A DNA stretch of 64,000 nt from Candidatus Latescibacterota bacterium (GTDB lineage Bacteria; Latescibacterota; UBA2968; GCA-2709665), in contig OZ241917.1 in the NCBI GenBank assembly GCA_965203805.1, positions 512,001 to 576,000 of the forward strand. Direction: 5' to 3'. A program made the translations under genes and the position numbers. Shown in pieces: positions 17,848 to 27,272 of the stretch (its first letter is position 1; every line of letters starts with the position of its first letter). The notes beneath the pieces are model-generated. The model made no database searches. It was not told where the DNA came from and saw only the letters and a program-made list of their open reading frames with translations.

Positions 17848-18897
17848 GTGCTATACTGGCTGGGAGAACGATTTGCCGATGTCTACGGGCCTCTACGGCT
17901 CTTGACGTCCTACCTGTTTCTGGCAGTGCTCGGCACGGCGCTGGCGGGACTGTTTACATGGCGGCTGCTTCCCGGATTGTGGATGCGGCTGCCCAAAGAC
18001 AGGGGCCGCGCGTACGCAGTCGAGAACGAGCAGAGCCACGGAAAGCCCGTTGGCGCGGGCGTGATCTTCATCCCCATCTATCTGGTCGTGTGTTTCCTGA
18101 TTCTGCCGCCGGGTTCCCAGTACTGGCAGATTCTGGGCTGTCTGTTTCTCGCCATGCTGGCCGGGTTTCTTGACGATCGAAGTCCGGGAGGGTGGGGCGA
18201 GTACCGCGTGGGAGCCATCGACCTGGGCATTTCCCTGCTTGGCGCAATGGTCATCTGCCAGTTGGAATCCGTCGAGCTCTGGCTGCCGCTGATGAAGACG
18301 CCGGTTCTGGTTCATCCGTGGATATTCGTGCCCGGGGCCGCGTTATTGATCTGGGTTTCAATCAATGCCACCAACTGTACGGATGGCGTGGACGGGCTGT
18401 CGGGCAGCCTGAGTGTCCTCGCCTTCATCTATCTGGGCGTCATTCTATACGGGATTGTGGGGCACACGGATATTGCCAGGTATCTTCTTGTGCCGCACTA
18501 TCCCGACGGCGCGGTATGGGCCCTGTTCTCATTTGCCATGGCCGGGTGCCTGGCCGGTTATCTGTGGTACAACGCCTATCCCAGCGCCGTGCTGATGGGT
18601 GACGCGGGGTCCCGGCCGATGGGCTTCCTGCTCGGAATACTCGTTCTGGCGTGCGGCAATCCGTTTCTGATCGTCGTCGTTGCCAGCGTGGTCCTGGTGA
18701 ACGGGGCCACGGGACTGTTGAAAGTGGCGCTGCTGCGGTTTCTGAAGATCGGGATTTTCCAGACGGTTCGATATCCTCTGCACGATCATTTCCGGCACAA
18801 GAACGGCTGGTCGAATACGCACGTGCTCGTCCGGTTTATTCTGCTCCAGGCGTTTGTAACGCCGATTCTGCTGGTTCTGCTGGTTAAGATACGATAG
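17848..18897 (+). CDS. mraY: phospho-N-acetylmuramoyl-pentapeptide transferase (MraY family), stand-alone and divergent
   Basis: About 10 TM segments with GFLDD, NATNCTDGVDGL, WYNAYP..VLMGDAGS and PLHDHF..GWS motifs. Confidence 0.8.
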   Translation: MLYWLGERFADVYGPLRLLTSYLFLAVLGTALAGLFTWRLLPGLWMRLPKDRGRAYAVENEQSHGKPVGAGVIFIPIYLVVCFLILPPGSQYWQILGCLFLAMLAGFLDDRSPGGWGEYRVGAIDLGISLLGAMVICQLESVELWLPLMKTPVLVHPWIFVPGAALLIWVSINATNCTDGVDGLSGSLSVLAFIYLGVILYGIVGHTDIARYLLVPHYPDGAVWALFSFAMAGCLAGYLWYNAYPSAVLMGDAGSRPMGFLLGILVLACGNPFLIVVVASVVLVNGATGLLKVALLRFLKIGIFQTVRYPLHDHFRHKNGWSNTHVLVRFILLQAFVTPILLVLLVKIR

Positions 18898-18940
18898 TGA
18901 TCGGTCACCAAAAAGTGTAGGTGTCAGGCATCTAAGAGTC

Positions 18941-19189
18941 GGGGAGACGTTAGACGTAAGAGGGGAGAGGAAATGAGTGCCCTATGGTTTTTCTGGTCGT
19001 TACGGTAGCGGTAAATTAGCAGGCACGGTTTATGTGACAAACACTGCTGTAAATGCCTTCATCTACCGTCTACCCTCTTACGTCTCACCGGTTTTATTGC
19101 CCCGTCCAGTTTCATTTTGTGCTGGAGGCATAAAGGAAAAACCAAACGGGCAAGGACGTTATCTACCGTCTACCGTCTCACGTCTAACC
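18941..19189. repeat. heptamer-periodic repeat blocks in inverted arrangement
   Basis: GAGACGT-TAGACGT-AAGAGGG-GAGAGG (18941-18970) against TCTACCG-TCTACCC-TCTTACG-TCTCACC (19062-19089) and TCTACCG-TCTACCG-TCTCACG-TCTAACC (19162-19189). Confidence 0.6.
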
Positions 19190-19234
19190 ACTTTTATCTC
19201 CCGTCCCCGCCATTTGGCGAACCGCGAGGAGTAT

Positions 19235-20605
19235 ATGAACGCAAAAGAGACGCTGAAGCGAAAAATCTGTGAGGCCATCGACCGCCGTCGCGGGCAGATC
19301 GTGCGGATCGGGGACCACATCATGGCCCACCCCGAGACGGGATTCAAGGAAGTCGAAACGTCCAGGCTGGCCGCAAACACGATGGAGGAGTTCGGCATTT
19401 CGCCCGAAACCGGACTGGGGATCACGGGCGTAAAGGGGATCCTGCGCGGAGCGAAGCCGGGACCGACCGTTGCCCTGATTGGAGAACTGGATTCGCTCGT
19501 GGTACCGGACCATCCCATGGCGAATCCCGAGACCGGCGCCGCACACGCCTGCGGGCACAACGCGCAGATGGCCGGCCTCCTCGGTGCGATGATGGGGATC
19601 GTCGATGCCGGCGCGGCCGGACATCTGGCCGGAAACATCGTGTTCTTCGCGGTGCCCGCGGAAGAGTACATCGAAGTCGAGTACCGGATGGGGTTGGTCA
19701 GGGAAGGGAAGCTGGAGTTTCTCGGAGGGAAACCCGAACTCGTCCGGCTCGGTCAGTTCGACGACGTGGACATCGCGGCCATGATCCACACCCACAGCGA
19801 CCTCAACATGAAAAAAGCGGCGATTTCCGAATCGTGCAACGGCTGTCTGGTGAAAATGGTCCACTTCATCGGCCGGGCCGCGCACGCCGGAGGGGCGCCC
19901 CACCGGGGAGTCAACGCGTTGAACGCCGCGCAGATCGCGTTGGCGGCGATTCATGCACAGCGGGAGACGTTCCGGGATAACGACTCGATCCGGGTGCACC
20001 CGATCATCACAAAGGGCGGAGATATCGTGAACGTGGTGCCTGCGGAGGTCAGGATGGAGACCTACGTACGCGGTAAGACGAACGAAGCAATGCTGGACGC
20101 CAACGAAAAGGTCGACCGGGCGATCCGCGCCGGCGCGATGGCGGTAGGCGCGCGAGTGGAGATCGAGACGCTTCCGGGGTATCTGCCCCTTCGGAACGAT
20201 CCGGCGTTGAGCGCGATTTTCGAAGCGAATTCAAAAGCGCTGTTCGGCGCGGAGGAAGTACGCGAGGTTTCACATCGAACGGGATCCACGGATATGGGAG
20301 ATCTTTCCCACATCATGCCGGCGATCCATCCGTACATGTCCGGAGCCGACGGCGTGGGCCACAGCGCGGACTGGCATATATCGGACAAGGAGATGGGGTA
20401 TCTGGCGCCCGCAAAATCGCTGGCGCTGCTGGCCGTGGACCTGCTGCACGGCGACGGCGAGGAGGCGACGGGCCTGCTACGGGACTTCGAGCCGGCGATG
20501 ACGAAAGACGAATACCTGACGTTCCAGCGGGCGCTGTTCAAGACGGAGGTTTTCGACGGGGCGGGCGGCGGGAAACCGGAGAGTCAGAATGTCGTATCCG
20601 AATGA
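19235..20605 (+). CDS. M20D/AbgB-like amidohydrolase
   Basis: HPETGFKE, GELD, HACGHNAQ, PAEE, AHAGGAPH.G.NALNAA and GSTDMGD; RBS GAGGAG. Confidence 0.88.
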   Translation: MNAKETLKRKICEAIDRRRGQIVRIGDHIMAHPETGFKEVETSRLAANTMEEFGISPETGLGITGVKGILRGAKPGPTVALIGELDSLVVPDHPMANPETGAAHACGHNAQMAGLLGAMMGIVDAGAAGHLAGNIVFFAVPAEEYIEVEYRMGLVREGKLEFLGGKPELVRLGQFDDVDIAAMIHTHSDLNMKKAAISESCNGCLVKMVHFIGRAAHAGGAPHRGVNALNAAQIALAAIHAQRETFRDNDSIRVHPIITKGGDIVNVVPAEVRMETYVRGKTNEAMLDANEKVDRAIRAGAMAVGARVEIETLPGYLPLRNDPALSAIFEANSKALFGAEEVREVSHRTGSTDMGDLSHIMPAIHPYMSGADGVGHSADWHISDKEMGYLAPAKSLALLAVDLLHGDGEEATGLLRDFEPAMTKDEYLTFQRALFKTEVFDGAGGGKPESQNVVSE

Positions 20606-22217
20606 CGGAAACACAGGCTGGAATGCGGTGAGCGGGACGGGTGCGGTGGCCGCGGGGGGCGCCGGCGCCGTAGCGGCGGGTATCGAAATCCTCGAACGGG
20701 GCGGGAACGCGGCCGACGCGGCGGCAGGCACGATTCTCGCGCTGAACGTGACCGACCACGGCGCCTGTTCCATCGGCGGCGAGGTGCCGGTGATCGTCTA
20801 CGACGCCGTCGAGCGTGAGGTCAAAACGCTGTCCGGTCAGGGCCGGGCGCCGCTTTCCACCGAAGCGATCGACTGGTACATGAAGAACGGCATTCCCGAC
20901 AAAGACATGAAGATGGCGCCGGTCCCCTCGGTCGTGGACCTGTGCACGACGCTGCTCCGGCAATACGGCACCCTCACGTTCGAGGCGATTGTTGCGCCCA
21001 CGCTGTCCATCCTGGACGCCGGCGAGGAACCCTGGCACCCCAGGCTTGCCGTGACGCTGCGCAGACTGGTCGAGGCGGAGCAGGGGGCGCGCGGAAGCCG
21101 GGAGGAGAAGGTGGCCGCCGCCAGCGACCGCTTCTACGGCCGGAACGGGGCCGTGCAGGACGTCGCCGATGATCTGGAAGCGGACTACGTGAAAAAGGGC
21201 GGTTTCCTGCGCAAGGCCGACCTAGCCGCTCACCGGACGCTGATCGAAGACCCGGTTGCCGTCAGCTACCGGGGGTACGAGGTGTACAAATGCGGACCGT
21301 GGACGCAGGGACCCTATCTTTGCCAGGCATTGCGTCTGCTGGAGGGATTCGACCTGAAATCCATGGGCTATCTGTCAGCGGATTACGTACACGTGGCAGT
21401 TGAAGCGCTGAAGCTGGCGATGGCCGACAGGGACGCGTATTACGCCGATCCTGACTTCGCCGCCGTTCCAATGGCCGAACTGCTGTCGGACGCCTATACC
21501 GAGGTCCGGCGGCCGCTGATCGATATGGACAGAGCGTCCCTTGACGCCCGCCCTGGCGATCCGTACGCGTTGAACCCGATTCGGGGCGCGGGCGTGTTCG
21601 AACCGGGTGTCGGCGGGACGACGACCTGCGTGGTTGCGGACCGATGGGGAAACGTCGTTTCCGCCACGCCAAGCGCAAACGTCTACCGGGGCGAAAACCC
21701 GCTGGGTGGTCGTACCGGCGTGTCGTACGGCAACCGCCTGAGAAGCCTGAATACCACGCCGGGCCATCCCAACTGCATCCAGCCGGGAAAGCGACCGCGC
21801 ATCACGCTGACCCCGACGCTCGTGTTGAAGGACGACAGGCCGATTCTTGCCATCAGCGTCGCGGGCGGCGACCTGCAGGACCAGGCGACGCTCAACCTGC
21901 TCCTGGACTTCATCGAATTCGACATGCTGCCCGAAACCGCCGTGCGGGCGCCGCGCTTCGCCACCGCGCATCACGAGGACTCGTTCGATCCGAATCCCGA
22001 CCGGCCGGCCACGTTCAAAAAGGTGGGTTCGCTGTCGATCAGCGACCGGGTGAGCCCCGACGTCCGTGACGAACTCGCCCGCCGCGGACATCGCGTCGAA
22101 CCGTCGGGCGGTCCGATCGCGACGCCCGTCATGCTGTTCGTGGACCCCGCGAGCGGGCGTTTCCACGCCGCCGGCGACCCCGCCGCCGGGCGGCATGCGG
22201 CAGGGCTGGGAGGATAG
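20589..22217 (+). CDS. gamma-glutamyltransferase family protein
   Basis: GGNAADAA, IGGE, autoprocessing site GGTTT..VAD..GN.VS.TPS, PGKRPRITLTP and GGDxQ. Confidence 0.88.
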   Translation: MSYPNDGNTGWNAVSGTGAVAAGGAGAVAAGIEILERGGNAADAAAGTILALNVTDHGACSIGGEVPVIVYDAVEREVKTLSGQGRAPLSTEAIDWYMKNGIPDKDMKMAPVPSVVDLCTTLLRQYGTLTFEAIVAPTLSILDAGEEPWHPRLAVTLRRLVEAEQGARGSREEKVAAASDRFYGRNGAVQDVADDLEADYVKKGGFLRKADLAAHRTLIEDPVAVSYRGYEVYKCGPWTQGPYLCQALRLLEGFDLKSMGYLSADYVHVAVEALKLAMADRDAYYADPDFAAVPMAELLSDAYTEVRRPLIDMDRASLDARPGDPYALNPIRGAGVFEPGVGGTTTCVVADRWGNVVSATPSANVYRGENPLGGRTGVSYGNRLRSLNTTPGHPNCIQPGKRPRITLTPTLVLKDDRPILAISVAGGDLQDQATLNLLLDFIEFDMLPETAVRAPRFATAHHEDSFDPNPDRPATFKKVGSLSISDRVSPDVRDELARRGHRVEPSGGPIATPVMLFVDPASGRFHAAGDPAAGRHAAGLGG

Positions 22218-22307
22218 TTGGAGCAACAACCCTTCTGTGCGTGTGCGGCTTGCCGAGGCAGTTTCTTGCGGCCAATCCGCGCTTTCGGACCCCGCTTCGT
22301 CATACGG

Positions 22308-22343
22308 GCCTTGCTGAGAAGTTGCCAGCAGGGCTTTTTTTTT
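22308..22343 (+). terminator. intrinsic terminator between the convergent ggt and kinase genes
   Basis: GCCTTGCTG-loop-CAGCAGGGC followed by T9. Confidence 0.7.
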
Positions 22344-22362
22344 GTCGTTTGGCAACACCGGA

Positions 22363-24798
22363 TCATTGCTCCTCTTCGCGTTGCGTCGGGCTGACGTATT
22401 CCGTCGTCGCAGCTGGTTTACCGTCCGGTTTTCCGATGCGGTAGCCGACCCCGTGTTCCGTGAAAATGTACCGTGGATCGTCGGCTTCGTCCCCCAGTTT
22501 GCGGCGCAGTCTCTTGACGAGCGAGCGGACGTGCCGCAAATCACGCCCGCCGCGCGTGCCCCAGATGCGGCGCAACAGCGCCTCGTGCGTCACCACTCGG
22601 CCGGAGCTGACGGTGAGTTCCTGCAGCATCCTGTACTCGTTCGCGGTCAATTGTACGCCCCGACCGCCTACCGTCACGCGCCGTTCCTGGTAGTCCAGCG
22701 TCAGTTCCTTATACACGTAGGGCACGTCGGGTTCCGACCGGACCGGTCCGGCTTCCTTACGTAGAGCGGCGTTGATTCTTGCAACGAGTTCCGTCGGGGA
22801 AAAGGGCTTGACGATATAGTCGGACGCGCCCAATTCGAATGCCCGTGCGATGTTGTCTTTCCGACCGTATCCGGACAGGACGATCACAGGCACCCTGTCG
22901 ACTTTAACCACCTCCTCCATCAGTTCAAAGCCGTCGGCGCCGGGCAGGACCAGGTCCAGCAGCACCAGGCAGGGACTGTGCGATCCGATGAGTTCCGCGA
23001 CTTCGTCGGGGTCGGCCGTAACAACGGGCGTATAGCCCGCTTTCGTTAGGATCTCGCGAACGGATTTGAGCGTCTGCGGGTCGTCGTCCACCGCCAGTAT
23101 TCTCCCTCCCTTTTCGTCAATATCGGGCGAATGCTCAGGTTTGTTCGCGTCCTTGCGGGCCGCCGCTGCCGGTACTTCTTCCGCCACCGGAACGGTGAAC
23201 GTGACCCTCGTACCCCGGCCGGGCCCGTCGCTTTCGGCCCATATCCGTCCGCCGTGGGCTTCTACGATGCCCTTGCAGATTGCCAGGCCCAGCCCCGTAT
23301 CATGGGTCCTGCGTTCGCCGTCGATCCGCGAAAACTTCCTGAACAGATGCGGCAGAAGATCCGCTGTCACGCCCGAGCCTTCATCGGTAACGGAAATCAC
23401 AACGTGGAAGTCTTCGCGAACCGCGGTGAGGCGGATGGCAGAGGACGCGTCGGAGTATCGCGCGGCGTTCGTCAGGAGGTTGTTCAAAACCTGGACGATC
23501 CGGCGCCTGTCGGCCAAGACCCAGGGCAATTCCGGCGGAATGTCGATCTCGATATTATTACCGCCCCCGCCGCTTAGAAACGTGCTCCTTGCCTGGTCGA
23601 CGATGGCAGCCGGATCCGTCGGGTCGGGCGTGACCGAGAGCGTGCCGGTTTCGATCTGCGCCACGTCCAGCAGGTCGCTGATCATGTCCCGCATGCGATC
23701 CGCCTGGTGGTCGATGATACGGTAGAACTGCCGCGCTTCGGCGGGGTCGAGGACCGACGAATCGCCCAGCAAGGTCGTGGTAGAGCCCTTAATGGACGTC
23801 AGCGGTACCCGGAGTTCGTGGCTGACCATACCCAGGAACTCGGCGCGAAGGCGCTCAAGGTCCTCCAGGGGCGTCATGTCCTGCACCGTCACGACAACGG
23901 ACTCGATTTCGCCATCCTCGGAACGAATGGGCGTGGCATTGACCAGCGCGGTGACGGACCGACCGTCGGGTGTACGGAGGACGATCTCTTCCGCGCGGAC
24001 CGTCTCCCCTGTGCGCAGCAACCGCGCCAGGGGGTACTCTTTAAGAGAGACTTCCCGGCCGTCGGCGCGCTGGATGGTCAGCACCTCCAGAAGTTGCTCC
24101 TCCGGTCGGGCCGGCGTGCGCAGGCCTCCCACAATCCTTCTCGCCTCGCGGTTGAACGTCAGCGGCGCACCGGTCCTGGCGTCGAAGACCACGACCCCTA
24201 CGGGTGAGGTGTCGATCAGGGTCTCCAGGTCGAGCCTTGCCTTCTGCTCGTCCCGGTGCCGGCGTGCGTTGGCAATGACCAGCGCCGCCTGAGCGGCGAA
24301 CGTCAACAGGGTCTCTTCGTCTTCGGCCGTGAAGACCTCTCCTCCTTCCTTTTCGCAGAGATAGAAAGTCCCGACGCTCTGGCGGCGGTAGCGGATCGGT
24401 GCTGCCAAAAGCGCCGGGGCGGGGCTCAGAGGTACCTGGGGGCGGAACTCAGGCAGGCCCTTGGACCTGGTGTGGCTGTGGAGGTCCCGCAGCCGAAGCG
24501 GCTCCGTTATTTTGGAGAAGTAGTCGAAGAGCCTGTTCCTCTCGGGCCGGAACCACAACCGCCTGGACTGATAAGGCGTAAACCCTGAGGTGATGCAGAC
24601 CTGCACCTGTCCCGCATCGTCCAGCAGCGCCATCATGCCGTACCTCGCATCGGTCAGCGATCTCGCATTGTCCACGGCTTCCTGCAGTACGGCGTCGAAT
24701 TCGAGACTCTCGTTGATGCGAAGGCTGGCCTCGCTCAGTTTTTTCAGGCGGTCCCTCAGGGCAGCCGCTTCCGGATTGCGCTCGTCGGATTTCTTCAC
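22363..24798 (-). CDS. cytoplasmic hybrid sensor kinase-response regulator (GAF-PAS-HisKA-HATPase-REC-OmpR winged helix)
   Basis: SHELRVPLTSI, NLLTNA, DEGSG, GLGLAI..HGG; receiver VDDD..LLDLVLP..KPF; C-terminal LT..EY.ML..L..GRVVT..L..IWG and LRRKLG..YI.T..GVGY. No TM segments. Confidence 0.9.
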   Translation of the reverse strand: MKKSDERNPEAAALRDRLKKLSEASLRINESLEFDAVLQEAVDNARSLTDARYGMMALLDDAGQVQVCITSGFTPYQSRRLWFRPERNRLFDYFSKITEPLRLRDLHSHTRSKGLPEFRPQVPLSPAPALLAAPIRYRRQSVGTFYLCEKEGGEVFTAEDEETLLTFAAQAALVIANARRHRDEQKARLDLETLIDTSPVGVVVFDARTGAPLTFNREARRIVGGLRTPARPEEQLLEVLTIQRADGREVSLKEYPLARLLRTGETVRAEEIVLRTPDGRSVTALVNATPIRSEDGEIESVVVTVQDMTPLEDLERLRAEFLGMVSHELRVPLTSIKGSTTTLLGDSSVLDPAEARQFYRIIDHQADRMRDMISDLLDVAQIETGTLSVTPDPTDPAAIVDQARSTFLSGGGGNNIEIDIPPELPWVLADRRRIVQVLNNLLTNAARYSDASSAIRLTAVREDFHVVISVTDEGSGVTADLLPHLFRKFSRIDGERRTHDTGLGLAICKGIVEAHGGRIWAESDGPGRGTRVTFTVPVAEEVPAAAARKDANKPEHSPDIDEKGGRILAVDDDPQTLKSVREILTKAGYTPVVTADPDEVAELIGSHSPCLVLLDLVLPGADGFELMEEVVKVDRVPVIVLSGYGRKDNIARAFELGASDYIVKPFSPTELVARINAALRKEAGPVRSEPDVPYVYKELTLDYQERRVTVGGRGVQLTANEYRMLQELTVSSGRVVTHEALLRRIWGTRGGRDLRHVRSLVKRLRRKLGDEADDPRYIFTEHGVGYRIGKPDGKPAATTEYVSPTQREEEQ

Positions 24799-25010
24799 GT
24801 TCAGACCTCACTGATTTCGAGCTACGTCTTCGGCCGGGGATTGTCCGGCCCGAGCCGGTGCCTCGGGTACGGCCCCATCAAATCTGTCGAATTGTGGAAA
24901 TATCACGATAATAGCATAAAAAAACGACCCAATCTCACAGATTTGTTATAATTTTTTCGTTATATTATATGCAACATAAGACAGAATTTTTAATAATCCA
25001 ACGGATTCTT

Positions 25011-25751
25011 TTGCTGGCAGCCCAGACGCAACTGTCCAAGTCCACGGTTCAGCGCGTGTGGAAAGCGTTTGGTCTACAGCCGCACCGACAAAAACACTTC
25101 AAGCTGTCCAATGATCCGTTCTTTGTCGAGAAGGTACGTGACATTGTCGGCCTGTATCTGAACCCTCCCGACAACGCGATGGTATTATGCGTTGACGAAA
25201 AGAGTCAGATCCAGGCATTGGAACGAACGCAGCCGATATTGCCTTTGGGGTTGGGCTATGTGGAAGGGGTCACCCACAATTATATCCGGCACGGCACCAC
25301 GACCTTGTTCGCCGCGCTGGAGGTCGCTTCCGGCAAGGTGCTGGCCCAATGCAAACCCCGACATCGACACCAGGAATTTTTACAATTCCTCAAATATATC
25401 GACCAAAACGTCCCGAAGGACCTTGACATTCATCTCGTCGTCGACAACTACGCCACGCACAAGCACGAAAAAATCAAACGCTGGATCGCAGCCAGGCCCC
25501 GATACCACGTTCACTATACACCGACCTATGCGTCCTGGCTCAACCAGGTCGAGATCTGGTTCGGCATCATTACCCAGAAAGCCATCCGACGCGGGACCTT
25601 CAAAAAGGTGAAAGACCTCATCGCCAACATTCAGGATTTCACCAACCATTACAACACCAACTCACGACCGTTCGTCTGGACCGCCACCGCAGAATCGATC
25701 CTTGACAAGATTACTAGACTTTTTGAACTAATTCATGGGACAAGACACTAG
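25011..25751 (+). mobile_element. IS630-family element, 5'-truncated (DDE domain and right end only)
   Basis: VDEKSQIQAL, YIRHGTTTLFAAL, VVDNYATH and SWLNQVEIWF. Ends at ..GGGACAAGACACTAG, a typical IS630 terminus with TA. The N-terminal HTH region and left end are missing. Confidence 0.85.
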
Positions 25752-25760
25752 GAGACACTC

Positions 25761-25995
25761 GATGTACTGGGAAGATATGAAACAACAGTTTCGCCAGAGC
25801 GGCAGCACATTTGATAAGGATGTAGAGGCAATCAAACTTATGTCTTTAGACAATGAGCCTGAGATCGTTGTTCTCGTGCTACACTATCCCAGTGAACGCA
25901 ACAGCAAGCCCTGGGCATTTCGGCTAAAGCGAGAAGACTTATCAAAGCTGGTGCATCAATTATTGATGAAGATTGGAGAGGGGGACAGATCGTGA
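25761..25995 (+). CDS. low-GC hypothetical ORF, possibly the 3' remnant of an IS-interrupted gene
   Basis: Open frame directly after the IS end (..MYWEDMKQQ..KIGEGDRS*) with AT-rich codon usage. Confidence 0.35.
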
Positions 25996-26635
25996 AACAG
26001 GAATTAGAACTAATTGACAACAACCTCTGGAATATTCCACCGTCCCAGGGGTTTTATTCGCATTTTCAGGAATATTTATTTTTCTTATATAGGGACTTGA
26101 ACCTACTTATAGCATCCTGTATCTTCATGGTAAGCCGAGCGGCCTGATTTCATCCGAATTGGGAGACCTCTCCAATTTGAAATACCAGGAAATCTATAAT
26201 CATGAAACCCTGACGGGTAGCGCTCGCCTCCAGCCTTACGAAACTCACGGAAATGGCGCGTTGCTATTCTGAAGCGCTGACCTGTACTCGCCCACGGATA
26301 CGGGATTTCAGAGGTGGCTGCAGGACATTGATAATGTTCGTCGCGCGAGCCATAATGAACCCACGAACAGCTCGGGACGGCATATTGAGCGCAGGGGACC
26401 GCTTACCCCGTGTGGCATGACGTGCGGTAAGGCTTTTCTCTAAGAATCGTTGGTTTGCCGACGGACAGGCGCGGAATGGCACAATCAGGCCAGACAGAAG
26501 TGAAGGCCGTTTGGGGAGAGAGATACCGGAGCGGCTTTGCGGCCGATGACCATGCCCGGTTATTTTGCCTGGCCAGGTCCGGCGACTACTGCGCGCTCAA
26601 GCGAAAGCGGCGGGACTGCATGCCGCAGTGCGCCA

Positions 26636-26670
26636 ACGAAAATGCCCTGCTGATCGGTTTTCAGCAGGGC
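26636..26670 (-). terminator. terminator downstream of tRNA-Glu
   Basis: GCCCTGCTGA-7nt-TCAGCAGGGC perfect 10-bp stem with T-rich tails on both strands. Confidence 0.65.
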
Positions 26671-26691
26671 TGTTTTTATTGGCTTTTTTTA

Positions 26692-26767
26692 TGGTGACCC
26701 CGAGGGGAGTCGAACCCCCGTTTCCAGGGTGAGAACCTGGTGTCCTAGGCCACTGAACGACGGGGTC
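26692..26767 (-). tRNA. tRNA-Glu (anticodon CTC)
   Basis: Acceptor GACCCCG/CGGGGTC-ACCA, anticodon arm CCAGG-TTCTCAC-CCTGG and GGTTCGA T-loop. Promoter TTGACA-17-TAGATT at 26815-26787. Confidence 0.96.
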
Positions 26768-26869
26768 ACCCTGTCAAAGCGGTCGAAATCTAACCAGAAC
26801 AGCCGGTTATGTCAAGGAAATTGAGGGTTAAGCAAGCGCTACGGACACTTGTGTTCCGCCATCGCACAC

Positions 26870-27241
26870 TCAGTCTCTCGGCGGCACGGCGCACAGGAAG
26901 CCGAACGGTTCGTCGCCGGTATTTTTGAATTGATGTTGTTCGTTCGGGGGAATGTAGACGATATCTCCCGGGCCGATTTTGTAGACTTCCCTGCCCATCA
27001 TCAGCCGGGCGGCGCCTCTGAGCACGTAGACGCCGTGGTCGTGTTGGTGGCGGTCGAAGGAGGACTGGCCGCCGGGCGCGATTTCGTAGTACCGCAGGCA
27101 AAAGTTGACGGCGCCGTCGCGTTCGCCGATCACGACCTGCCTGCTGCCGCCCACGGCGCCATCGGTGTTGTATGCCTCGACCGCGACGCCTTCCCACGAG
27201 TACTTGCCGTTTTCACCCGTAAATCGGTGCAGTACGCCCAT
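26870..27241 (-). CDS. cupin domain protein
   Basis: APGG....HQHDH.VYVL.G and GD.VYIPPNEQHQF.N cupin motifs. Confidence 0.85.
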   Translation of the reverse strand: MGVLHRFTGENGKYSWEGVAVEAYNTDGAVGGSRQVVIGERDGAVNFCLRYYEIAPGGQSSFDRHQHDHGVYVLRGAARLMMGREVYKIGPGDIVYIPPNEQHQFKNTGDEPFGFLCAVPPRD

Positions 27242-27272
27242 ATTAATCCTCTGTAATCGTCCGCGCCGTCGT

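Noticed and set aside
24969-25010. ATG start giving an intact 260-aa transposase
   Set aside because: The first residues come from unrelated AT-rich DNA, and the HTH region and left inverted repeat are absent, so the element is a remnant.
22300-26700. intact integrative element or prophage at tRNA-Glu
   Set aside because: No integrase, no phage genes and no duplicated tRNA 3' end were found.
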